A stretch of DNA of 64,000 nt, taken from positions 3,149,334-3,213,333 of the forward strand of contig OY839116.1 in NCBI GenBank assembly GCA_963692775.1, in the 5' to 3' direction. Below the pieces are notes generated by a model that was given only the letters and a program-made list of their open reading frames with translations, did not search any database and was not told the origin of the DNA. This stretch comes from Dehalococcoidia bacterium (GTDB lineage: Bacteria > Chloroflexota > Dehalococcoidia > UBA2979). Shown in pieces: positions 1 through 9,200 of this stretch. Position 1 is the first letter of the stretch. The number at the start of each line of letters is the position of its first letter. The translations under genes and the position numbers were made by a program.

Positions 1-1
1 C

Positions 2-610
2 GATTTCCCCGCGGTGTTCCGCTCCGAAGCGCCGCTTGACGCCGTCGTCCAGGCGGCGGGACGCTGCAACCGCGAGGGCAAACTGGACGGCCCCGGCCGC
101 GTCGTCGTGTTCCGGCCGCCCGACGACGCCTCGCCGCCCGGCGTGTACCGCTCGGGGCGCGACATCGCGCGGGTGGCGCGCGAGCTTCCGGGCTTCGATC
201 CCCATGACGCCGCGACGGTGCGCCGTTACTTCGGGTTGCTCTTCGACCTGGCTGTCGACGCGGACGAGAAGCGCGTGCAGGAGGCCCGGAAGCGCCTGGA
301 CTTCCCGGCCGTGGCCGATCGCTTCCGCATGATCGATGACGATACCTGCGACGTGATAGTCGACTACCCGGAGGCGGACGCGGCGAAGATCGAGCGCCTC
401 GTCGAGCAGCTGCGTTCGCGTGAACGCCCCGCCCGCGAGGTGCTGCGCGAACTCCAGCCGCATATGGTCTCGATCCGCCGGCGCGATTACGAGGCGTGGC
501 TGCGGGAACGGTTCGTGGAGGAGTTGCTCCCCGGCGTCGGGCGCTGGCCCGGTGGGTACTACGACACGGTGCGTGGCATCACCGTCGAGGATCCGGAAAT
601 GGTGTACTAG
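2..610 (+). CDS. cas3: Cas3 helicase/nuclease, C-terminal part (5' end lies outside the window)
   Basis: The ORF is open to the window edge and stops at TAG 608-610. It lies directly upstream of cas5c-cas8c-cas7c-cas4-cas1-cas2, the canonical type I-C order. The C-terminal sequence looks Cas3-like by recall only. Confidence 0.7.
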   Translation, partial: DFPAVFRSEAPLDAVVQAAGRCNREGKLDGPGRVVVFRPPDDASPPGVYRSGRDIARVARELPGFDPHDAATVRRYFGLLFDLAVDADEKRVQEARKRLDFPAVADRFRMIDDDTCDVIVDYPEADAAKIERLVEQLRSRERPAREVLRELQPHMVSIRRRDYEAWLRERFVEELLPGVGRWPGGYYDTVRGITVEDPEMVY

Positions 611-641
611 CCGCGCCCGCAGGTTGCCCCGCGGGCGCGGC
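610..641 (+). terminator. GC-rich hairpin overlapping the cas3 stop codon (11-bp stem GCCGCGCCCGC / GCGGGCGCGGC)
   Basis: A perfect inverted repeat is read directly from the sequence. There is no clear T-tract, as is common in high-GC genomes. Confidence 0.45.
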
Positions 642-749
642 GTCCGTGCGCACCAGCGAAAGTGTTTCAACCCTCATCCACCCACAGGGCGATGCTGAGG
701 CGGTGTTGCCGCCTCAGCTGATTCTAGCGTGGCCCCGGCTAATCCGGGG

Positions 750-777
750 TTGACACAGCGCTGGGGTTGTGTATCTT
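750..777 (+). promoter_or_regulatory. Candidate sigma70-type promoter for the cas5c-cas2 operon (TTGACA-N16-TATCTT)
   Basis: TTGACA is at 750-755 and TATCTT at 772-777, about 35 nt upstream of the cas5c ATG (811). The SD-like GAGAGGGG sits at 799-806. Confidence 0.45.
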
Positions 778-810
778 GGATTGCACACCAGCTAAAGTGA
801 GAGAGGGGAC

Positions 811-1473
811 ATGCCGTACCAACCGCTCGAGGTGAAGCTGTGGGGCGATTACGCCTGCTTCACTCGCCCGGAGCTGAAGGTGGAGCGCGTGACCTACCCG
901 GTCATGACGCCGTCGGCCGCGCGCGGGGCGCTGGAGGCCATCTTCTGGAAGCCGCAAGTGGCATGGCGCGTCGAGGAGATCCACGTGCTCAGACCCATCG
1001 CCTACGCCTCGATCCTGCGCAACGAGATCAACGATCGCCAGAGCGCGCGCACGGCCCGGGGCTGGGCGAGGAACGGCGGCGGCTACGACGCCACGAGCAC
1101 GGACCAGCCGAAGAACCGCACGCAGCGTCACACGCTCGCGTTGCGTGATGTCGCCTACCTCGTGCGTGCGCAGCTTGTCCTCCGGGACGGGGTCGGCGAC
1201 GACATCGCCAAGTACCGGGACCAGTTCCGGCGGCGCGTGGCGCGCGGGCAGTGCTTCGCGACGCCCTACCTCGGCTGCCGCGAGTTCAGCGCCTCCTTCG
1301 GCGAACCCTACGCAGGCGACGAGCCGATCGACCGCACCGAGGACCTCGGCCTGATGCTGCTCGACATCGACTACGACCCCGATGGCAGCGGGCGCGGCAC
1401 GCCCCGGTTCTTCCACGCCTCGCTCGAGGGCGGCGTGCTGCGCGTGCCCGATCGCTTCGCGGAGGCGGCGTGA
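811..1473 (+). CDS. cas5: Cas5c (Cas5d) pre-crRNA endoribonuclease, type I-C
   Basis: 220-aa ORF. The N-terminus MPYQPLEVKLWGDYACFTRPE is typical of Cas5d. Its TGA overlaps the next ATG (TGATG at 1471-1475). Confidence 0.9.
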   Translation: MPYQPLEVKLWGDYACFTRPELKVERVTYPVMTPSAARGALEAIFWKPQVAWRVEEIHVLRPIAYASILRNEINDRQSARTARGWARNGGGYDATSTDQPKNRTQRHTLALRDVAYLVRAQLVLRDGVGDDIAKYRDQFRRRVARGQCFATPYLGCREFSASFGEPYAGDEPIDRTEDLGLMLLDIDYDPDGSGRGTPRFFHASLEGGVLRVPDRFAEAA

Positions 1474-3200
1474 TGTTGCTCGCGAGGCTCAAGGAGTACG
1501 CGGACGAGCGGCTCGAGGATCAACTCCCGCCGCTCTACGCGATGACCCCGGTTGCGTCGATCGTCGTGATCGACCAGGAGGGGCGCGCCGTGTCGCCGGA
1601 GCCCGTCTCGCGCATCGACCCGAGCACCACTCGCGGGAAGCGTGGCCTCGACATGGCGGCCCCGGAGGTGCAGCGCTCCTCGGGCATCACGCCGCTGCTG
1701 CTGGCCGATAACGGCGAGTACACGTTCGGTCGCGCGCGGGCCGCCTCGAAGCAGGGGCGCGTCGACCGGGCGCATGGCGCCTACCTGGAGCTCCTCCGGC
1801 GCTGCGCGATCGAAACGGAGGAGCCGGCCGTGCTCGCCGTGCTCCGCTTCTTCGAGCACGGCGGGGCGCAACAGCTCAGCCTCGGCGAGGATTGGGACAG
1901 CGGGCTGAAGGTCACCTTCGAGGTGCTCTTCGAGAACGGCGAACGGCAGCGCCCGATCAACCTGCCCGCCGTGCAAGAGTTCTGGCTCGCGATCAGCGCG
2001 CCCGGCGCCGGCGACCGCGAGCAGTGCCTCGTGTGCGGCGATTCCAAGCCGGTGCTCGATCGCCTGCAAGCCAAGGTCAAGGGCATCCGCGGCGGGCAAT
2101 CGGCGGGCACGTCGATCATCTCCGCGAACTCCGAGGCGTTCGAATCGTACGGACTGCGGGCCTCGCGGACCGCCCCCACGTGCCGCGAGTGCGGCGAGGC
2201 GTTCACCCGCGCCCTCAACCACCTACTCGCCGACGAAGCCAATAGCCTCGCCGTCGCTGGGGCGACGTTCGTGTTCTGGACGCGCGGAGCCTCTGAATTC
2301 GACCTCGGATCGTTCATGCGTGCGCCCGCGCCCGAGCAGGTGCGGGCGCTGATCGAGTCCGCCGGCCGGGGCCGCCGCGCGGCGCCGTTCAACGAAGCGG
2401 ACTTCTACGCGGCATCGCTCTCCGCGAGTGGCGGCCGCGCCGTCGTGCGCGACTGGATCGACACCACCGTCGGGGCCGTCGAGGCGAATATGAAGCGCTG
2501 GTTCGAGCTCCAGCGCATCTCCGACCCTCGCGACGAAGACCCGCTGGGAGAGCACCCGCGCCCGCTGAGCCTCTTTCAGCTCGCGGTCTCGACCGTGCGG
2601 GCCGCCGCGGATCTCCCCGTGACGACGACCCGCGCCCTGTTCCGCGCCGCCCTGGAGGGCGGGGAACTGCCGCTTGAGATCGCGTTCCAGGCCGTGCGGC
2701 GCAACCGCGCGGAACAGGGCATCAGGCGAGAGCGGGCGGCCCTCATCAAACTGGTGCACCTCAGCCGCAAACCGCAACTGCCGAAGGAGGACTACATGGT
2801 TGCCCTGGAAGCCGAACACGAGGAGCCCGCCTACCACTGCGGACGCCTGCTCGCCGTGCTGGAGAGCGTCCAGCGCGCGGCGCTGGGGCCGTCGGTGAAC
2901 GCCACGATTGTCGATCGCTACTACGGCGCGGCCTCGGCCACGCCCGCGGTCGTGTTTGGCTCGCTGCTGCGGGGGGCTCAACCTCACCTCGCCAAGCTCG
3001 AGGGCGCCCGTCGCGGCGGCCTCCAGAACCGCATCATGGAGGTCTGCGAGCGAATCGACGGGTTCCCCAGGACGCTCTCGCTCGAACAGCAAGCGCTGTT
3101 CTCGCTCGGCTACTACCACCAGCGCGCGCATGACCGCGCCGAGGCCAACCGCCGCCGCGCCGAGCGCGATGGCGCGAATGACGAAACGGAAAAGGAGTAG
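1473..3200 (+). CDS. cas8c: Cas8c (Csd1) large subunit, type I-C
   Basis: 575-aa ORF between cas5c and cas7c, start-coupled to the cas5c stop. Size and position fit Csd1. Confidence 0.85.
   Translation: MLLARLKEYADERLEDQLPPLYAMTPVASIVVIDQEGRAVSPEPVSRIDPSTTRGKRGLDMAAPEVQRSSGITPLLLADNGEYTFGRARAASKQGRVDRAHGAYLELLRRCAIETEEPAVLAVLRFFEHGGAQQLSLGEDWDSGLKVTFEVLFENGERQRPINLPAVQEFWLAISAPGAGDREQCLVCGDSKPVLDRLQAKVKGIRGGQSAGTSIISANSEAFESYGLRASRTAPTCRECGEAFTRALNHLLADEANSLAVAGATFVFWTRGASEFDLGSFMRAPAPEQVRALIESAGRGRRAAPFNEADFYAASLSASGGRAVVRDWIDTTVGAVEANMKRWFELQRISDPRDEDPLGEHPRPLSLFQLAVSTVRAAADLPVTTTRALFRAALEGGELPLEIAFQAVRRNRAEQGIRRERAALIKLVHLSRKPQLPKEDYMVALEAEHEEPAYHCGRLLAVLESVQRAALGPSVNATIVDRYYGAASATPAVVFGSLLRGAQPHLAKLEGARRGGLQNRIMEVCERIDGFPRTLSLEQQALFSLGYYHQRAHDRAEANRRRAERDGANDETEKE
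2796..3200 (+). CDS. cas11: Probable Cas11c small subunit, translated from an internal in-frame start within cas8c
   Basis: An in-frame ATG at 2796 is preceded by a strong SD (AAGGAGG, 2784-2790) inside the coding sequence. The product would be 134 aa. Type I-C systems are known to make Cas11c this way. Confidence 0.55.
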   Translation: MVALEAEHEEPAYHCGRLLAVLESVQRAALGPSVNATIVDRYYGAASATPAVVFGSLLRGAQPHLAKLEGARRGGLQNRIMEVCERIDGFPRTLSLEQQALFSLGYYHQRAHDRAEANRRRAERDGANDETEKE

Positions 3201-3205
3201 GAACC

Positions 3206-4096
3206 ATGGCTAACGCAACGACCGCAGCGGTCACGATCGATCCAGCCCGCCGGCACGACTTCGTGCTGCTGTTCGACGTGCGCGACGGCAACCCGAACGG
3301 CGATCCCGACGCCGGCAACCTGCCCCGCGTCGACCCCGAGACCATGCAGGGCCTCGTGACGGATGTCGCGATCAAGCGGAAGGTGCGGGACTTCGTCGAC
3401 ATGGCGCACGGCGACGGGCGATTCAAGGTGTATGTCCAGCACGGCCAGTTCCTCACGAACCGCCGGAAGATGGTCTTCGACGAGCGCGGAAACGGCGAGG
3501 CGCCCAACGTAAGCGATGCCCAGGGCTGGATGTGCGAGGAGTTCTACGACGTCCGGATGTTCGGCGCAGTGATGTCCATGAAGGAGCGCAATGCGGGTCA
3601 GGTGCGCGGCCCGATGCAGCTCACGTTCGGGCGCTCCATCGACCCGATCGTGCCGCTCGACTCGAGCATCGTCGGCCCGGCCCAGAACGAACGCGACGTG
3701 AATCGCGAGGACGCCGACGGTCAGGCCACCAACTACGGGACCATGGGCCGCAAGTCGACCGTGCCGTACGGCCTCTACCGCGCGCACGGTTTCTTCAACC
3801 CGCACTTCGCCGCGAAGACCGGGGCGGACGCCGAGGACCTGGCGCTCTTCTGGAACGCCCTCGAGCTGATGTGGGACCTCGACCGCTCCGCCTCGCGCGG
3901 CGAGATGGCCTGCCGGGGGCTCTACGTCTTCAGCCACGAGAACAAGCTCGGCAACGCCCCCGCGCATCGCCTGTTCGACCTCGTCCGCACGCCGCCGAGC
4001 GAGTCGGCGGCGCCGCGGGGGTTCGCGGACTACTCCATCGAGGTTGACGGGGACGGAGTGCCCGGCGGCGTCACGCTCACCACCCTGGTCGGCTAG
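3206..4096 (+). CDS. cas7: Cas7c (Csd2) backbone subunit, type I-C
   Basis: 296-aa ORF. The motif DVRDGNPNGDPDAGNLPR is the hallmark Csd2/Cas7 N-terminal motif. Confidence 0.9.
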   Translation: MANATTAAVTIDPARRHDFVLLFDVRDGNPNGDPDAGNLPRVDPETMQGLVTDVAIKRKVRDFVDMAHGDGRFKVYVQHGQFLTNRRKMVFDERGNGEAPNVSDAQGWMCEEFYDVRMFGAVMSMKERNAGQVRGPMQLTFGRSIDPIVPLDSSIVGPAQNERDVNREDADGQATNYGTMGRKSTVPYGLYRAHGFFNPHFAAKTGADAEDLALFWNALELMWDLDRSASRGEMACRGLYVFSHENKLGNAPAHRLFDLVRTPPSESAAPRGFADYSIEVDGDGVPGGVTLTTLVG

Positions 4097-4108
4097 GAGC
4101 GAACGTCC

Positions 4109-4774
4109 GTGGCCGGCGGCGCGGGCACGCCCTGGGACGAGCGGCAAGCGCTCGATGTGCCGATCTCGGCCATCGAGCACTTCTCGTACTGCCCGCGTCA
4201 GTGCGCCCTCATCCACATCGAGCAGACCTTCGAGGAGAACGTCCACACCATCCGCGGGCGTCTCTCCCATGAACGCGTCGACAGCGGCGAGGCCGAGACT
4301 CGCCCCGGGGTGCGCGCCCTGCGCGGCATCCCGCTCTGGTCCGAGCGGCTTGGCCTGCGGGGCAAGGCCGACCTCGTTGAGCTGCGGCCCGGCGAACCGC
4401 CCTTCCCCGTCGAGTACAAGGTGGGCCGCAGGCGGCCGCCGCACGCCGACCTCCAGCTCTGCGCGCAGGCGCTCTGCCTCGAGGAGATGCTCGGCGCCCA
4501 CGTGCCCGGGGGCGCCGTCTACTCGCACGCGGAGCGGCGGCGACACGCCGTGAGCTTCAGCGGCGCGCTGCGGCAGCGCACCGAGGAGCTCGTGGCCGAG
4601 ATCCGGGAGCAGCTTCGCCGCCAGATCCTCCCGCCCGCCGCCGCCGACGCGCGCTGCCCGCCCTGCTCGCTCGTCCACGCCTGCCTGCCGCACGTGGCGG
4701 CCCGGCCCGCACGTGTGCGCGGACTACAGGGCGCGCTCTACCGGCCGCTGGAGCTGGCGGGCGACGATGCATGA
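4109..4774 (+). CDS. cas4: Cas4 RecB-like exonuclease (4-Cys cluster)
   Basis: 221-aa ORF with an N-terminal Cys (YCPRQC) and C-terminal CPPCSLVHAC, plus the nuclease core GKADLVE...EYK. Confidence 0.85.
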   Translation: MAGGAGTPWDERQALDVPISAIEHFSYCPRQCALIHIEQTFEENVHTIRGRLSHERVDSGEAETRPGVRALRGIPLWSERLGLRGKADLVELRPGEPPFPVEYKVGRRRPPHADLQLCAQALCLEEMLGAHVPGGAVYSHAERRRHAVSFSGALRQRTEELVAEIREQLRRQILPPAAADARCPPCSLVHACLPHVAARPARVRGLQGALYRPLELAGDDA

Positions 4775-5798
4775 ACTGCTCAACACCCTCTATGTGACCA
4801 CGCCCGGCGCCGCTCTCGGCCTCGACCATGACACCGTGCGGGTGATCGTCGAGCGGGACACGCGCGCACGGCTTCCGCTCGTGCGGCTCCAGGCGATCGT
4901 GGTCTTCGGACGCGTGTCCGTGAGCACCCCGCTCATCCACCGCTGCGCCGAGGACGGGCGGGCCATCGTCTGGCTCACCGGCCGCGGGCGCTTCCGCGCC
5001 CGTCTGTCGGGGCGCACGCTTGGCAACGTCCTGCTGCGCCGGGCGCAGCACGAGGCGCTGAGCGACCCGATCCGCACGCTCGCGCTCGCCCGCCAGTACG
5101 TGGCGGGCAAGCTGCAGAACGCGCGCACGCTCATGCTGCGATCTGCGCGCGACAGCGGCGGCGGTGCGGACGAGGCCGAACTCCGCGCCGCCGCGGACCA
5201 AGTCGCCGGGCTTCTTCGCGATGTGCGGGACGCCCCTGACCTCGACGTGCTGCGGGGGCTGGAGGGCATCGCGGCTCGCGCCTACTTCGGGGTGTTCGGC
5301 GCGATGGTGCGCGGAGACCGCCCCGCGTTCACGCCGGACGGGCGCTCGCGCCGCCCTCCTCGCGACCGCGCGAACGCGCTCCTCTCGTTCTGCTACGCGC
5401 TCCTCCGCGCCGAGTGCGAGGCCGCGATCGAGGGCGTCGGTCTGGATCCGCAAGTCGGCTACCTGCACGGACTGCGGCCCGGGCGTCCCGCGCTCGCACT
5501 CGACCTGATGGAGGAGCTACGGCCCGCGATCGCCGACCGCCTGGTGCTCCGCATCATCAACCGCCGCGAGATCCGCCCCGCACACTTCGACGAGACCCCC
5601 GGAGGAGCGGTGAGCCTGAACGAGGCCGGGCGGCGCGCCGTGCTGGGCGCGTACGAGCACCGCAAGGAGAGCGCGACGCCGCACCGGCTGCTCCGCGAGC
5701 GGGTTCCGGCGGGCCTCATCCCGCATGTCCAGGCGCGCCTGCTCGCACGCCATCTCCGCGGCGACCTGCGCCACTATCTGCCGTACCTCGCGCGCTGA
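4767..5798 (+). CDS. cas1: Cas1 integrase
   Basis: 343 aa starting MHELLNTLYVTTPGA. The ATG at 4767 overlaps the cas4 stop. Typical Cas1 motifs (RPALALDLMEE) are present. Confidence 0.9.
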   Translation: MHELLNTLYVTTPGAALGLDHDTVRVIVERDTRARLPLVRLQAIVVFGRVSVSTPLIHRCAEDGRAIVWLTGRGRFRARLSGRTLGNVLLRRAQHEALSDPIRTLALARQYVAGKLQNARTLMLRSARDSGGGADEAELRAAADQVAGLLRDVRDAPDLDVLRGLEGIAARAYFGVFGAMVRGDRPAFTPDGRSRRPPRDRANALLSFCYALLRAECEAAIEGVGLDPQVGYLHGLRPGRPALALDLMEELRPAIADRLVLRIINRREIRPAHFDETPGGAVSLNEAGRRAVLGAYEHRKESATPHRLLRERVPAGLIPHVQARLLARHLRGDLRHYLPYLAR

Positions 5799-5826
5799 GG
5801 CGCGGGAAGGAGGAACGGGATCGGCA

Positions 5827-6117
5827 ATGGAAGTCCTCGTCACCTACGATGTCGCCACCGAAGACGCGGCCGGACGGCGGCGGCTGCGCCGCGTCGCCCA
5901 AGCCTGCGAGGCGTACGGCCAGCGAGTGCAGAAATCTGTGTTCGAGTGCGTGCTCAGCGACGCCGGCCTTGAGTTGCTCGTCGCCCGCCTGCGGGCGGAG
6001 ATGGACGAGAGCGCGGACAGCGTCCGCATCTACCGCTTGCGCGAGCCGCTACGGCGGCACCTGCGGTCGTTCGGCGTCGCGCTGCCGTTCGACCAGCGGG
6101 GCCCGCTGGTCTTCTGA
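5827..6117 (+). CDS. cas2: Cas2
   Basis: 96 aa starting MEVLVTYDV...VQKSVFEC, preceded by the SD GGAAGGAGGA. Confidence 0.9.
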   Translation: MEVLVTYDVATEDAAGRRRLRRVAQACEAYGQRVQKSVFECVLSDAGLELLVARLRAEMDESADSVRIYRLREPLRRHLRSFGVALPFDQRGPLVF

Positions 6118-6297
6118 ATCGCCGCGCGGCGCGCGAACCTCCGGCGGACACTTCTCGTCCCGCCGCCCGCGCACTTCGGGCGGCCACACGCTCCGCGATT
6201 CGGGCGGCGAGCGTGCCGGCAAGCCGCTTGGGGTGACAGCGAACGGCAATTCGGCCAGAATCGAGGGCGCGTTCCCCCGAACTGGGGTACCGATAGC
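6118..6297 (+). promoter_or_regulatory. CRISPR leader (between the cas2 stop and the first repeat)
   Basis: Position. It contains two copies of TTCGGGCGGC (6175-6184 and 6199-6208). Confidence 0.6.
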
Positions 6298-9200
6298 GTA
6301 GCGCCCGGCCTTCGGGCCGGGCGAGGATTGAAACTTCGCCTGCCGCTCGATGGCGCAGACCCGAGCGCGCGTAGCGCCCGGCCTTCGGGCCGGGCGAGGA
6401 TTGAAACTCCTCGTCGTCGCGGCGGTAGACGAGGGCGTTGCGCAGTAGCGCCCGGCCTTCGGGCCGGGCGAGGATTGAAACTCGAACGCCACGGGGACAT
6501 GGCCCATCGCCTCGGTGGTAGCGCCCGGCCTTCGGGCCGGGCGAGGATTGAAACGCGCCGAGCATGAGCGGCTCGAGGCGGACCGGCGGGGTAGCGCCCG
6601 GCCTTCGGGCCGGGCGAGGATTGAAACGGCGATGTTGCGAAGGGCGCTCTTATGGGCATCCTCGCGTAGCGCCCGGCCTTCGGGCCGGGCGAGGATTGAA
6701 ACGTCTCGCGCAGCACGTCCGGCTGCGGCGCTCGCTTCCTGTAGCGCCCGGCCTTCGGGCCGGGCGAGGATTGAAACTCGGTCAGGCCGGTGAACACGAG
6801 CGCGAGCACGTCGCCGTAGCGCCCGGCCTTCGGGCCGGGCGAGGATTGAAACCAGAGCGAGACTTGGAGCTTCTTCACGGGACCACCTTCCGGTAGCGCC
6901 CGGCCTTCGGGCCGGGCGAGGATTGAAACTTGTTACGGACGGGCGGGAGGATCACGGATGGCCACGTAGCGCCCGGCCTTCGGGCCGGGCGAGGATTGAA
7001 ACCACTCGATCGGGTCGACTTCGGCACGAGCGTGGAAGTAGCGCCCGGCCTTCGGGCCGGGCGAGGATTGAAACGCGTGCGGCCGCGGCTAGGGCCGGAA
7101 CAGAGTGCCGTAGCGCCCGGCCTTCGGGCCGGGCGAGGATTGAAACGCTCGACCAGGACTCACTGGCGACCGTGCTCGACGCGCGTAGCGCCCGGCCTTC
7201 GGGCCGGGCGAGGATTGAAACCCGATCACGATCGCCAGCCCTCCCTCGATCGCGATGAGTAGCGCCCGGCCTTCGGGCCGGGCGAGGATTGAAACGAGCG
7301 GCGCTACGTCGGCGAGGAGACGTGGGAGGCGATGTAGCGCCCGGCCTTCGGGCCGGGCGAGGATTGAAACATGGTCGTTGCGCTCACCCGTGCGCGCCCT
7401 GCGCCAGGTAGCGCCCGGCCTTCGGGCCGGGCGAGGATTGAAACGCGCCCCAGGACGGGACGCGCGTCTTCAACGGCTCGGGGTAGCGCCCGGCCTTCGG
7501 GCCGGGCGAGGATTGAAACTAGCATGGCCGCCGTGACGCTGATCTGCGTGTGCGAGTAGCGCCCGGCCTTCGGGCCGGGCGAGGATTGAAACGTGAGGCG
7601 GCTGATCGTGTCGGCGTTGCCGGCCGAGAGTAGCGCCCGGCCTTCGGGCCGGGCGAGGATTGAAACCCCGCCATCATCCCGCGCGCGCTTGAAGACCGCC
7701 TCAAGTAGCGCCCGGCCTTCGGGCCGGGCGAGGATTGAAACGAACGCGAGGAGATCCTCGCGTGGTACGCGCCCGGGAGTAGCGCCCGGCCTTCGGGCCG
7801 GGCGAGGATTGAAACAACACCGGGACGATGGCGTCGGCGACGCTGCGCCAGGTAGCGCCCGGCCTTCGGGCCGGGCGAGGATTGAAACCGCTAGTCTGCC
7901 CTGCGGGGCGTCCCGCCGGTCGACATGGTAGCGCCCGGCCTTCGGGCCGGGCGAGGATTGAAACGAGGACGCGCGGCTGCGCGAGGGCCTGCGGGCGCTG
8001 AGTAGCGCCCGGCCTTCGGGCCGGGCGAGGATTGAAACGGCAATACGACTGTGCAGGCCATTGAGGACTTGATCGTAGCGCCCGGCCTTCGGGCCGGGCG
8101 AGGATTGAAACCCTTACAGTGCCGCCGAGGTCACCGCGCGCCTGAGCGCGTAGCGCCCGGCCTTCGGGCCGGGCGAGGATTGAAACAGCCTGGCCGGCGC
8201 GAACGGCCTCGCCACGGACCGCGACGGTAGCGCCCGGCCTTCGGGCCGGGCGAGGATTGAAACGCGCAGCTCGACTACATCGGCGAGGGCAACGCCCACA
8301 GTAGCGCCCGGCCTTCGGGCCGGGCGAGGATTGAAACCCGTACATCTGCCGCGTCGCGAACTCCGACGCCGCGTTGTAGCGCCCGGCCTTCGGGCCGGGC
8401 GAGGATTGAAACGTACCTGCTCGTGCCTCGCAAGAACGGCAAGACGACGTAGCGCCCGGCCTTCGGGCCGGGCGAGGATTGAAACATCCAGCGTCGCCAG
8501 GGGAAGGCCGGGCCGGGGTCGTGGTAGCGCCCGGCCTTCGGGCCGGGCGAGGATTGAAACGGGCTGCTGCAGTTGCACCAGGGCGGCGGGCAGGGCGAGT
8601 AGCGCCCGGCCTTCGGGCCGGGCGAGGATTGAAACATGAAGCTCAGGGGGTGCTGCCTCTGCTCGTGGTCGTGTAGCGCCCGGCCTTCGGGCCGGGCGAG
8701 GATTGAAACCCCCGTGACCGGGGCCCGATCCGGGACGCGGGCGGCGGTAGCGCCCGGCCTTCGGGCCGGGCGAGGATTGAAACCTCGACACGGATCTCGC
8801 ATGAGCGCGAGGCTGCCGACCGTAGCGCCCGGCCTTCGGGCCGGGCGAGGATTGAAACATGCGCGTCACGACGCGCTCCGCGCAGCGGCGCAGCGGGTAG
8901 CGCCCGGCCTTCGGGCCGGGCGAGGATTGAAACGTGCTCGACCGGCTCGAGCGCGGCGAGCCGCTGCCGGAGGTAGCGCCCGGCCTTCGGGCCGGGCGAG
9001 GATTGAAACGCGATCTCGCGGCCGAAGCACTTCGTCCTGGTCACGTAGCGCCCGGCCTTCGGGCCGGGCGAGGATTGAAACGCCCACGCAGGGCGCCGTC
9101 CGCGGATCATCGCACGCGTAGCGCCCGGCCTTCGGGCCGGGCGAGGATTGAAACGACCTGACGGAGCGCGGCTGGCGGATCGTGGCGGCGCTGTAGCGCC

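Noticed and set aside
610-700. A full crRNA-like mini-array (pseudo-repeat / pseudo-spacer / pseudo-repeat) on the minus strand between cas3 and cas5c
   Set aside because: The distance between the handle-like motif (664) and the repeat-like hairpin (641-610) leaves only ~18-22 nt, far short of a 35-40-nt spacer. I found no convincing match of that segment to the putative cas promoter. Only the weaker 'degenerate repeat remnant' observation is kept as a finding.
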